Source: Patellaria atrata CBS 101060
Taxonomy: Eukaryota
Direction of reading: 5' to 3'
Length of the DNA: 42,119 nucleotides
Assembly: GCA_010093705.1 (NCBI GenBank)
Contig: MU006121.1
Location: 124,001-166,119 of the forward strand
Part shown: positions 26,350-37,943 of the stretch, piece after piece
How the letters are laid out: the number at the start of each line of letters is the position of its first letter
Position numbering within the stretch: the first letter of the stretch is position 1
Translations under genes and position numbers: made by a program
The notes under the pieces: generated by a model
What the model saw: only the letters and a program-made list of their open reading frames with translations
Told to the model about the DNA's origin: nothing
The model's database searches: none

Positions 26350-27975
26350 ATGTGGTCGTATATCTCCCAGCTCTTTAACAAGTTTTTTCGGTCAGATGAA
26401 CGCTCCAAAAAGCCGAAAGTAGACAAGCCGGCCACTATCGAAGGGATAACTGGCAATCAGTTTCCGAAAGGCACTCAAGCATACCAGAATAACAAGTATC
26501 AATATGCGTCATCAACGTATGAGCTGGACCACAATATGAACCCAGGACTGATAATCCAACCCAGGAACAAGGCCGACATTAAGCTCACGGTCAAGTATGC
26601 GAAGTCGAAGAATATCGCTGTTGCGGTTAGAACAGGAGGCCACCAGTATAGTGGTGCATCATCGACTTCGGCTCCCAATATTCTTCTTGATCTGAAGAAA
26701 ACATTCCAGGGCCCCGAGGACCGAACGGTTTTCGAAAAGGACGGTAAAAGTTTCGTTCGTACTAGCGTTAGCTGGAGCCTCGGAGATTTCAATGCATATC
26801 TCACAAAACACCACTTATTTGTTCCCCATGGACAGTGTACTTCGGTTCACCTCGGAGGACATGTTCAAACAGGAGGGTACGGCCAATTAGGACGCAGTTT
26901 CGGACTTTTTGGAGATCATGTGCTGTCCATCGAGTTGATAGACCATAACGGCATGGAGAAAGAGGTAACGAAGCAGACTGATCCCGACCTTTTCTACGCA
27001 ATCCTTGGGGGGAGTCCTGGAAATCTGGGTGTTATCACCCATTTCACCATTGAGGTGCATCGCGACAATGACCACCAAGGTTCACGGGGGTTAAAAGCAC
27101 TTTACTGGTATGACCCCAAGACCCTAAAGCGTCTCATCGATATCCTCGTAGAAATGTCCGATGATGAAAACTTCCCTCGCAATTATGACTTTTGCATCAG
27201 CGTGCTCAGTTCCTCCTTCAAGCTCCTGGATCTGTGGCCCGAATTGGACGGAAGAATGAGAGAAGAACATCCGGAGATTTATGGAGAGAATAGTATTCCA
27301 TTCTGGCCCCGAACTATCGTGGTGTACGCACAGTGGGTTCCATTCGAGAAGAACGATGTCTGTAATATGGACTGGTTCAACCGCATTAGGAAGGGCTCCA
27401 TCTTCAACCAGGGTGTGGAAGAGAAGCCAATGTCAAAGCTCACTGGAGACTGGATATTTCGAAATGTGCGCGAATTTGAGCACCCGTACGTCAAGCGCAC
27501 ATACTTGACGAACTCAACCACTCTTGGTAGGGATGGTTGGGCGGACTGGGTGACTAAACGTATCGATGCAATCGTCAAACCGGAAGCGAACCGCTGCTGG
27601 CTGTCTGCCCAACTCCAATGTTACGGTGGTAAGTACTCCAAATTCACTACCAACGCTGGTAACGGTACTGCCTTTAGCTGGCGGGATTCGACACTCATCG
27701 CCACCCTCGATTGCTTCCATGAGAACTCTGCAAAATCTCGAGCTGAAGACTGGCAAAAGGTCAATGATGCGGAGGGTATCGGCCCTAACGGGATCTTCAG
27801 TAAGCAGGACCGTCGTGTACTCTGGGGTTCGTACGGCAGCTATGATCTTGATGCGAGTTGGGCGTACTATTACGAGAACCGAGAGAAATATGAAAAGCTC
27901 CGGCAAGCAAGACAATTAGCTGATCCTAATGGTGTCTTTACGTATAACTCGTTTTGTGTAAAACGGTCCGGTTGA
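26350..27975 (+). CDS. FAD-linked oxidoreductase, berberine-bridge-enzyme/VAO fold (AA7-like), intronless, 541 aa
   Basis: AVAVRTGGHQY (FAD His), VPHGQCTSVHLGGHVQTGGYG (Cys), DLFYAILGGSPGNLGVIT and a C-terminal YEKL..ARQLADPNGVF BBE motif. The first ATG is at 26350. Confidence 0.9.
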   Translation: MWSYISQLFNKFFRSDERSKKPKVDKPATIEGITGNQFPKGTQAYQNNKYQYASSTYELDHNMNPGLIIQPRNKADIKLTVKYAKSKNIAVAVRTGGHQYSGASSTSAPNILLDLKKTFQGPEDRTVFEKDGKSFVRTSVSWSLGDFNAYLTKHHLFVPHGQCTSVHLGGHVQTGGYGQLGRSFGLFGDHVLSIELIDHNGMEKEVTKQTDPDLFYAILGGSPGNLGVITHFTIEVHRDNDHQGSRGLKALYWYDPKTLKRLIDILVEMSDDENFPRNYDFCISVLSSSFKLLDLWPELDGRMREEHPEIYGENSIPFWPRTIVVYAQWVPFEKNDVCNMDWFNRIRKGSIFNQGVEEKPMSKLTGDWIFRNVREFEHPYVKRTYLTNSTTLGRDGWADWVTKRIDAIVKPEANRCWLSAQLQCYGGKYSKFTTNAGNGTAFSWRDSTLIATLDCFHENSAKSRAEDWQKVNDAEGIGPNGIFSKQDRRVLWGSYGSYDLDASWAYYYENREKYEKLRQARQLADPNGVFTYNSFCVKRSG

Positions 27976-28532
27976 AAATGTTGAAAGTTTTTCGCATCGT
28001 TGTTCATCTGCGAACCTGTCCTTGTGACCGTTTCTTAGAGAGATGTCTAATCTGTGAGTTACTTATACAATATCCACTAGAATCAAGATGCTACTTTAAA
28101 CTCTGAAGGAAGCCTGCGGATACGATATCCTGTCGTCAGCTTTCTGTTATCAATCATCACATAGTACATATCTGGTAATGGTCTAGTCGCCTCAATGTAG
28201 TCCAGTTTTTAAGAAAAGAACCCCTCTCCGAGTCCCTGGACTCATTCCAAAGGTTTGAACTCCCTTAGAGGAACTTCCGTAGCCGCAACCCAAGTTGTAC
28301 GATATGACATACAGGAAGAACAGTCTCACACATGTGTCACGCAGCACCCACAGTTCTCATATGTGACTCGTCTCATCCATTGGCTATTTCTCATTCCGCT
28401 TACTGCCAAACCATGTAAGGCTTGATGCCTATATGATCAAGCTACCATGATATACGTAAAAACCTTTTCTAACTCCATCCAATTTCAAGAACTCAACATA
28501 TGTCGAAACACAAAATCCAGACAACATATTAC

Positions 28533-29113
28533 CTATTCCTCAGCGACACATTGATAATAGAACTCTGTGATTTCGGATTAGCGATAACATCTGACCTAGC
28601 AACGGTTTGGTGTAACTTACCATTCTGAGTCTTACAATAGGAGCCCTTTTCACATGTCTTGCATCCTGTCCAGGTGGCACCACCGCATTGATAATATAAG
28701 GGAACAGGGCATTTTGAGCTGGTCGGTCCGACCTCTCCGCCTGTGCTTGTCTTACTTGAAGTGGTTGAGGTTTTAAGGGTAGTGGATGTGGGTGGGTAAT
28801 AAGGTTTTGAGGTGGAAGTAGAACTTTTCTGAGTACTTGTACTTGTTGTGGTCTTCTTAGTGCTGGTTGTCACGGGCTCCGGTGTAGATGTTGAACGCGA
28901 AAGCCAGCTTATAGACGGGATATAAGTCTTCGTAATTGTAGGCTTGGTTATTGTAGGATCAAAAACTTGACGTCTTCCTGCTTCGTTGACTGGGTCCGCC
29001 GCCTATTGCAGATTAGCATACATGGATGGGAATATGATGTTAAGAGAACACACCAGTATCTTTCCAGATAAGAGAAGAGTAAGAGAAATGAAATGGTATG
29101 TGTCGAATCTCAT
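28533..29113 (-). CDS. Small secreted protein: signal peptide + Thr/Ser linker + single CBM1, no catalytic domain; exons 29113-29054, 29002-28621, 28564-28533
   Basis: Spliced product MRFDTYHFISLTLLLSGKILAADPV...(T/S-rich)...VPLYYQCGGATWTGCKTCEKGSYCKTQNEFYYQCVAEE. Both introns have GT, a CTAAT branch site and AG. Confidence 0.85.
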
Positions 29114-30331
29114 CTTGGAAGGATATGTGTTGGGCAGATGGGATAGAAAGCGTTCAATTAGGCGCGGTCTCCTGGGTAGCTTTCTAAGGAGCAGATGCTG
29201 TCGCTTTTTATATTCTGCTGATGCCAGAAGTGGGGTTCTATGCTGATAATATCCCATATGTTTTGGACGTAACTGCCGCATTAGCCTCCCGCACAAGCAA
29301 AAGTTCGTCTGAGAATCTCACTATTGTGGCTTAAATACTCTAGAGAGTGACGGTGCTGTGTGGTAAAGAACTCTGATCTAGATCGATTCTCCTTGGTGCA
29401 ATGCCACTAATATCAACTTTGATCGGCCCGTTAACCCTGGGCACAGTGACGGTCATTGATCTGATACTCGACCTTCCTCTTCTTGATCAAGATCAATGTG
29501 GTGATTTGAACCGCTTTCGGTCCATCTGGAGCCAGAAACGAGGATACAAGCGAATACTATCGTCTCCTGCCGTTATTTCTCGGTTGTCAGTCTATAATTG
29601 GCATCTAGAATAAAATCATAATCAATTACAGGACTTAAAAATACATGATACTTAATATACATTTCAGATACGAGAATCTGTGGACCATAAGTAATGGATC
29701 TATGGCTGGGTCATATATATAGTGTTCCAGGGATCCATAGTACATGGCCCACGTTCTAGTGCAAATCTAGAAGTGGGTTGGTAGTACGGTTACTGGCAGC
29801 GTCTGTCAAAAGATGCAATCAATTAAAATATATTCTGGATATTTTCGCTTAGGCTGAAGTCGTTATCTTACCTGCATATGTAGTAACAAGTCTCGCACAC
29901 TACCTCCAGAAGTCAAGCTCCGATGAGTTGACCGTCTTCGCAAGCGATATAGATCTAGAGCAAATCTAGAGGTAATGACATCAAGCTGGTGGTAATTTGG
30001 CCTCGTAAATCGCGTCAGACGTGGATAAGTCTTGGACTGATGATTGATTAACTGAATAGAGCTTTCATAGAGGAATTGTAGGAAAACAGGGGAATTGATA
30101 GATGTACAATTCCCGGGGAAAAGGATTTACCAGGAAGGTGACCTTGGTCCACTCCTTCGGTATCAAACATCGAGTGTCTCATGCCCGACTGATCGGTCTA
30201 TGGAAGGGAGTAGAAGGGTCGATGGGTCACCAATCATAGTCAATCCGCTGCTGTATACTGTAAGGGTATAAATGTGGATTATGGTACGTCGACAATGGAT
30301 AACATCTTTGTAAACATTACCTCGAAGCTCT

Positions 30332-30733
30332 TTACGTAGTGATTTTTGGAATAACCGCACACTTTGCAACTCGCTCTTCCTTAAGCGACTCTCTTATGCG
30401 CCTCTTCGATGCGCGTGTTCTTTGACTCCTCCCTCTTGTATGAGCGGCTCTCTTGTGCATGCTGAATTTTGTGTCTCTTCCTATCTTCTTCGTGGCCCTC
30501 CCCTGCAGGTTGGTGAATCGCTCGATCGAAGGGTTGCATGCCTTGTAGTGGCTCTTCACGGTGCTCTGCATGGGGTCGCATGCTAAACAATTTAGCGTCT
30601 CTTTTGGGCATTTCACACGTGGTCCACTATATCTCACCCTGCTAAATTTAACAGGAGTTGCGGTGATAACAATTGTAAGTAGATGGAGACAGAACAGTAT
30701 CAAGCCACTGCCCAGAACCGGTACATAGCTCAA
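30332..30733 (-). pseudogene. Possible degenerate small secreted protein gene
   Basis: Hydrophobic signal-like segment and an intron-like GTGAGA..CTAAAT..TAG. There is no in-frame ATG, and splicing gives an early stop. Confidence 0.2.
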
Positions 30734-30906
30734 ATTTGCATATTGAATATGAAGTTAAAACAAATGTAATACATCAGCTATCACTTTGAACAAGCCGGCA
30801 CTACCAGCTCCCAATCATCCTGAGATCAATGCCCTGTTATTTGACCATCAAGCCCTCGTTGAACAGCAGGAGATTCGGGTGCAGCTAAGACTATCAGCTG
30901 TCAGAG

Positions 30907-31647
<741 letters not shown>

Positions 31648-31749
31648 TGTAGAACTTGAAGATCTCGAGTTGACAATGATCAACACGTCGAATCGGGGAG
31701 TGAAGCCTGTATCTTTATACCTAATTTTCAAGATGACAATCTCTCATAA

Positions 31750-32170
31750 TCTCTCCGGGAGTCATTACGGCTATTTCCATTGTCGATGGAGGGACTCCCT
31801 AGCGACTATCAATAACCGTTAAATAAATTTAAGTTAGATGGGGGTCACGCTCACGTATGACCGCCATACACAAAGTGAGTGAGTTAGAAAGAGACACACC
31901 CGGAGATCCGCAGGGCCATTCACGCTCGGAAATTTCGTAGTGACGTTATGGTTTCGGAAGAATAGACCGAGGTGTGAAACAGTTGTCCCAATTTCAACCC
32001 CACAGTTACTCTATCTCCAAGATCTTTAAAGATCTCCAAGCTCTCCAAGATTTCCTAGTTCTGCATAATGACTAGGATTCCCCAAGATTCCAAGATTCCC
32101 CAAGATTAAGCACCCCAGGATTTCCACATGTCATCAATTCAGGCTGAATTGAATTATTGCGGGGGGTCAA
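31750..32170. promoter_or_regulatory. Xylanase upstream region with about five CreA-type SYGGRG sites and repeated CCAAGAT
   Basis: CTCCGG ~31753, CCGGAG ~31900, CCCCAC ~31998, CCCCAG ~32113 and GCGGGG ~32159. A TATA-like TATAAA lies on the minus strand at ~31714-31719. Confidence 0.4.
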
Positions 32171-32480
32171 GGTTTAATTAAGTCAGGTAATGAGCGGAAA
32201 AATTATAGTAGTAAGTAACGGTACCATATGAGGTTGTTTGGGTTGGGTTGGTAGTGGGTTAGGCAACTGGTAGGTTTATCTCAGACACTTTGCTAGGTTT
32301 ATCCTGCGTGACGCTAGTACCTATAGTTATGTATCTGAACGCCACACATCATACCTTAATCGGTAAGGTAAGGTAGATACTTTAACGCCACACACTGCAA
32401 CACTAAGGTACTCCCTGGCGTGCCTGGGTACCTTATACAACCGAACAGACTGAGGTGTACCTACACTGATATCAGTTGTC

Positions 32481-33577
32481 ATGGCTTCGCAAGAACAAGA
32501 ATATTCAGTGGATCAAGAAATCGCTGAATTTTTCCTGAAAACGACCGCGACTCGATTAGCTTGCGACACACGCGCAGAAGAACCCGTTGGAGGCAATAAA
32601 ATACCGTACAAGACGTGTGTAGCTACACCGGTATGGTGTGGGCCTGACAGCGAATTCGTTGTTCAATTTCGTCTCAAATCCTTGGAGCTGAAATCAGAGA
32701 CTGCCAGTCTCGCTCACACAATCTATGGTCTTTGGCACCCGACATTTCCTTCAGAGGCCAGCTTGGGGAGAGTACCGATGGAAAGGAAGCAATCTTCATC
32801 AATGTTATGGGTCGTGTACAAGGCATCAGCCATCTGGACTTCATCCTCGCGCACAATCTACCGGAAAATTCATCCAAATATTGCATTTGGCGGAACAATC
32901 TAATTGTCGACGTCGCGAGGTGAGTGCATTCAACGTCACACACATTTCTATCGAAGGTTAACTTAGCATCTTCAGGTTTTTTGCTTCTCCATGAAAGGCT
33001 CCTCGGCGTGTTGAGCAAACCTACCGGCAGAAACTTGGCCGCCGATACCAACATAAGTTACAGCTACTGCGAGATTCTCTCCCAGTTCGGTTCCATCCCA
33101 TATTCGAAAACGCGCTCGATTCGATACCTATTATCCTTTCCCTCCCAATGACATTACTCCATAAGGATTTTGGTGCATACAACATTATGGTCGATAGCAG
33201 CACATGTCATCTTGTCTGTGTAATCGACTGGGCAGAATCCGAGATTTATCCCTTCGGTCTCAACCTACACTCTCTACAGCCGATACTTAATAAATATAAC
33301 CTCAGAGATGGATGGATCAGATATGCTGATTACGACGGTTTGCAGAGACCTTGTGGGACACGTTCTGCAAGGAGGTCGGAAATCTGGATAATGAAACAAT
33401 CCAGCCCATCAACTCCGCCAGGATTGTCGGCCTGTTACTCTCACACAGATTTTCCAGTTGTCTTGAAACATGCCGGAGCCACCACCTATCCGAGATGACG
33501 AGAGCGGCGCCTATGAGATGCGAGGTCTTTATGGATTGCTGATCAAGGCGGCCACTAAGATAATGGATTCAGGGTAA
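32481..33577 (+). pseudogene. APH/choline-kinase-like (protein kinase-like fold) phosphotransferase pseudogene; intron 32920-32975
   Basis: EFVVQFR, catalytic LLHKDFGAYNIMVD and VIDWAE.EIYPFG. It has several frameshifts (~32605, ~32730, ~33350, ~33465) and a premature TGA at 32992. Confidence 0.85.
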
Positions 33578-33647
33578 TTAGGAGTTAAACATGTCAGAAC
33601 GACGGAGGGGATAAAGATCTGGAACTGTGCTTGGACAATGATTCAAT

Positions 33648-34320
33648 ATTAGAAACGCGAGTCCAATAAGGGCTAGCTGAGATCCCCGATGTTCTGCAGC
33701 TTCGGGCGCGGCTCGCTCGCAATGAAGACCTTATGATTCTCGGTGGTCATTTTCGCATGTTTCTCGTTAGACATCTAAACTCGCGGTTTTCCATCGACAG
33801 AAATCAAATCTCTAACCATTGAGGTGGGTCGGAACTGTTTCTTTTGACAACCACAGAATCCACCGTCATAGTTCTGTGCTCAAGAAGGAGCTTAGACATA
33901 GGTATGCTTCTACATCGCAAGGATCTGAAGACTGATAAGGGTTGTGAGTTTAAGCTTTCCGAGATAGTCCATGGCAGTTCGCAAGAATCCCTCGCAGACG
34001 GACGGCATGTCGGGCATGGGCCCGTCCTGGAATTCATATGCGCATAGCTCGCCATAGATGTCATAGATGAGGACGAAGATATGCCTATGTATATTGTCAG
34101 GATCAATTTTTCTTATATCGGTACAACGAATGGTAGGATTGTCAATGTTGGACCTGAGTATGACAGTTTTCTCCGGTATCTCGAACTGTCTATGGGTAAG
34201 GCGAATTCCGAAGCCGTTCTCCGCATTATGGCGGACGTGTCAGACGTGAGGGTGCTGAATAATCAAGATAATCGCTTGATTTCTATCTATCTACTGAAGG
34301 AACCTCCATATATACTGAAG
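33648..34320 (-). pseudogene. Pseudogene of a fungal hypothetical protein, convergent with the APH-like pseudogene
   Basis: The minus frame reads FGIRLTHRQFEIPEKTVIL..DNIHRHIFVL..AYEFQDGPMPD..LISLQIL*, shifts to MSKLLLEHRTMTVDSVVVK, then reads DGKPRV*MSNEKHAKMTTENHKVF. This resembles a recurrent fungal hypothetical family as I recall it. Confidence 0.55.
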
Positions 34321-34483
34321 AGGTACAGAGAACACGTATCCAAATTTTAATATAGCTAATAGTTGTTGAGATATCTGTTGAGATAGTAGAGTCGTGTGAG
34401 GACTAAACAGATATCGAAAACAGATAACTTTTGAAGATAGACTTTTAGTGCTACATACTACTCCGTGGCTGACAACGACCGAA

Positions 34484-34587
34484 CGTCCAGGTCACGTGAC
34501 CCATGGTCACTCGTTCCTGTTCGCAGTTCTCCCAATTGGTTCCCCTCTACCACAGTCTGCGTTCCTTTACAACTTGTGGCCGTAACA
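34484..34587 (-). mobile_element. Partial copy A of the LTR/TIR-like repeat
   Basis: GTCACGTGACC...TTACAACTTGTGGCCGTAACA matches the end of copy B in direct orientation and the start of copy C in inverted orientation. Confidence 0.65.
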
Positions 34588-34607
34588 ATCGTAACATCCA
34601 ATCTAGA

Positions 34608-34920
34608 TGGTAAGAAGAACTAAGAAGAGTTTAAATACATGCGTAAAGGAGCGTCCTTAAGTATACCATCTCCGAGCCCTGTTCTAAGTACTTGGACGTG
34701 CTAGCTGTGCTGGCCGTTCTGGACCTCCAACGTCCACTGCGTCCACCGCGTCCATACCCTCTGGACGTGTTGGACATTTTGGACGTAACACTCCTCTACG
34801 TCCATTGCGTCCACGTCACGTGACCCTCGTGTCACTGCTTTTCCTCCATGGTTATACCCAGTGGTCTCTTTCCTCCTCTCACTCGTCAACTGCATGTCCT
34901 TACAACTTGTGCCTATAATA
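34608..34920 (-). mobile_element. Copy B of a ~310-330 bp repeat (solo LTR or long TIR), left arm
   Basis: Aligns end to end with the reverse complement of 37252-37583. Shared blocks include AAAGGAGCGTCCTTAAGTAT, TCTCCGAG, TGGCCGTTCT, TGCGTCCACCGCGTC, TGGACGTGTTGGA and CACGTGACC..CGTGTCACTG. Confidence 0.8.
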
Positions 34921-35202
34921 GGATATTAAATGCTCATATATAAGATCCTAGGTATAATGACCGGAATTCAAGATCGGTATTTCAATTGTGGGGATATAGA
35001 TATCGGGACTGAGACTCGGCTTCTATATAACTTCTCTTGTTTAGAATATGCTAGCTTAGGAGCGAGAAACAATTGTTCCTAGGATATGGTCGAGATGTCA
35101 ATATAAGAGATAGATTCCACTATCAATACTTTCCTAATTCCATCGACACATTCATTCGTGCAATCCGCCCTTTTTTTTTTTCATTCATTCACAAACTGCA
35201 TA

Positions 35203-36057
35203 ATGAAGCTGAATATCGCCGCCCTTCTTTTTGCCTCGACGCTCTTTGCAGAGGGACTCGCTGCAACGCCTGGTTGTGGTAAACAACCTTCGAAAATCAA
35301 AGCAGGCGTTAACACCGTAACTGTTAATGGGAAATCTCGGCAATGGATCCTTACTTTACCTGATAACTACGATAATACGATACCTTATCGACTGATCTTC
35401 GGTGTCCATTGGCTAGGCGGTAATATGAATGATGTTGCGAATGGGGGCATGATTAACCCTTACTACGGTCTTCCTTCTCTTGTTAATGGATCTGCTATCT
35501 TCGTAGCTCCGAATGGGCTTGAAAATGGCGGCTACTCTGGATGGGCAAATACCAATGGCGAAGACATCGCATTCATTCAAGAGATCTTGAAGGCAACCAA
35601 TGATGACCTTTGTATCAACGAAAAACTAAGATTCTCCATGGGATTCAGCTACGGAGCTGCGATGTCGTACTCCATCGCATGTACTCTCCCCAATGACTTT
35701 CGTGCTGTCGCAGCTTTGTCCGGAGGCCCTATCAGTGGATGCGTAGGAGGAACAAGTCCTGTTGCATACTATGGTCAGCACGGTATCAGCGACCAAACTC
35801 TACCGATTGCTATGGGACGCCAGATGCGGGATAGGTTTGCTACCAACAATGGTTGCACGACCCGAGAGGCAAAGGAACCTGTTGTAGGGAGCAAAACACA
35901 TATTGTGACGAAGTATGAGGGATGTATGGAAGATAAACCGGTGTGGTGGACGGCGTTTGACGGCGATCATACGCCTATCCCGACGGATACGGGTTCGAAT
36001 AAGGACACGACGTATACTGGGGCAGCAGTTTGGGAATTCTTTTCGCAATTCAAGTAG
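35203..36057 (+). CDS. Secreted CE1 feruloyl esterase (FaeC/FaeD-like), intronless, 284 aa
   Basis: Signal peptide, TPGCGK, YRLIFGVHW.GG, AIFVAPNG, GWANTNGED, nucleophile GFSYGAAMS, HGISD and FDGDH.P, ending W.FFSQF. Confidence 0.92.
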   Translation: MKLNIAALLFASTLFAEGLAATPGCGKQPSKIKAGVNTVTVNGKSRQWILTLPDNYDNTIPYRLIFGVHWLGGNMNDVANGGMINPYYGLPSLVNGSAIFVAPNGLENGGYSGWANTNGEDIAFIQEILKATNDDLCINEKLRFSMGFSYGAAMSYSIACTLPNDFRAVAALSGGPISGCVGGTSPVAYYGQHGISDQTLPIAMGRQMRDRFATNNGCTTREAKEPVVGSKTHIVTKYEGCMEDKPVWWTAFDGDHTPIPTDTGSNKDTTYTGAAVWEFFSQFK

Positions 36058-36749
36058 ACTCTTTCTAAGGAGATGAAGTATTGAATGATCGGTTCCTTTT
36101 TCGCTGCACTTTAGTTTTATCGCGATGATATTCAAAATTGCTTCCCGTCAAGCTAGGCAATCTTGGTCCCGGATTCTCTTACTGTAATTAGTGATAGCCG
36201 AAAATGAATATAGTAGGTTAAAGAGAGCGCATTCAAGTCTCCGTAGTGACCAAAAATTCTATTAGACAATTTTATCCTTCGGTTCAAAAAGTGAGACGAA
36301 GGCGAATATATAGAATGCGGAGAAACCTTACACGGAAAACAACCACGGCAATTGAGCGCGCATGCTGAAGATCATCCCTGGATAACATTATAATACTAGC
36401 CGTTTATGGGCGTGCTTGGCTTTATGTATACCAACGTTTCGAGTCCCAGGGTATAAGGAGAGCTTGAGTAAGTTTAACGTCTCACTCAATTATGGGCATT
36501 GAAGATAGGGGAAATAGCCTGTTATAGAATATTCAAGGATGAGATTAAATGAACTAAATCTGCGGAGTAGACTGGAAACGCAGTCATCGCGCAGTTCGTC
36601 ACCATGATGCTTTTAGTAGCAGCATGGCGTAGAATACGGTCACACGTCGGCGAACCCTGCAAGGATTTAATGGAGTGAGCTGGAGTTTAGAACGAGCGGA
36701 GGGATAAGACTTATGAGAAACCCTTATATAGAGTTGTATAAGTAGGACG

Positions 36750-37085
36750 GGAACGATTGTGGAGCGAAAACGGATATAGCAACTGTAATAGGGCACACGA
36801 ACTGCTATAGGGAATGGTATAGACGACGAGAACGGTTATAGACGACTAGAACGGTCATGGAGGATGAAAACGGCTGAAAGGTCCGGTTATGGATGATCAG
36901 AACGGCTATGGAGGACGAGGCCGGCTATGGTGGACGACAACGGGCTATGGAGAACGGTTGTGGAGGATCAGAATGGCTATAGAGGACGAGCACGCCTGTG
37001 GAGGACGAGAACCGCTTAGGAGGATAGCTATGGAGGACGGAGGACAGTGACGATAGTGGATGACGAGAAGGTTGTGAAGAGTGAC
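36750..37085. repeat. Degenerate minisatellite, ~19-nt unit, consensus AACGGCTATGGAGGACGAG, about 12 or more copies
   Basis: Units include aacggttatagacgactag, aacggtcatggaggatgaa, aacggctatggaggacgag, aacggttgtggaggatcag, aatggctatagaggacgag and cacgcctgtggaggacgag. Confidence 0.8.
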
Positions 37086-37251
37086 GTTTGCCACGGATGT
37101 TCGTAGAAAGCGATTTAGATAAGTCGTGGAGAGAGGATGAAATAGGGCTATAGAGCACATGAAATGGGTCTAGCGACTGGCATTTGCTTATTATAGGCGC
37201 GGTAGTAGCACCCTCACTAGACGTCACATGGAGATGAAGATCTGAGTTTAG

Positions 37252-37583
37252 TGTTACGGCCACACGTTGTTAGAAGCATGTAGTTGGCAAGTGGGGGAGG
37301 AGAAGGACCACACGGCACAACTACGGAAGAAAACCAGTGACACGCAGGTCACGTGGCTTGGACGCAGCGGACGCAGAGGAGGTAGAAGGGATGCTACGTC
37401 CAAAACATCCAACACGTCCAAGAGAGGTTGGACGCAGCGGACGTAGAAGACGCGGTGGACGCAGGGCGTCTAGAACGGCCAGAACGGCTAACGCGTCCAA
37501 CAGTCAAAATAGGACTCGGAGAAGGGATACTTAAGGACGCTCCTTTGCACATGTATTTAGATTCTTCGTAGTTATTGTTAAGA
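37252..37583 (+). mobile_element. Copy C of the repeat (solo LTR or long TIR), right arm, inverted relative to copies A and B
   Basis: Begins TGTTACGGCCAC (LTR-like TG start), has internal GGACGCAGCGGACG repeats and ends GTTATTGTTAAGA. Confidence 0.8.
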
Positions 37584-37943
37584 TGGTGGAGCTGTTGGAG
37601 TCTCCGGCGCCATGACCCATCATCTTAGCCCCATCTAGTGTCGTTGATGGACTGAATTTTTCGTGGATATGTCCAGTATATTGGTTGTATATTACCAATA
37701 GTAGGGGTGTTTTTGGCTTTTTAGTTCATGCTAAGTTCTAACCTTAATCGTAATTTGCTTGGTGCCGTACGCGGGACATGAACAAACAATATCGATCTGA
37801 TGTCAACACTTTATGAGAACATTCTTCCTAGCAACCGTTGCACCTATATTATAATAGAGATTATAAGCAATCGTTTCCTATCTACGTCGAATGTCCTATA
37901 TCAGATCCCCTAGCAGAAGTAACTTCCGAACTGCCGCACCTTG

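Noticed and set aside
36750..37085. CRISPR-like array
   Set aside because: Units are directly adjacent and degenerate with no unique spacers, there are no cas genes, and the genome is eukaryotic.
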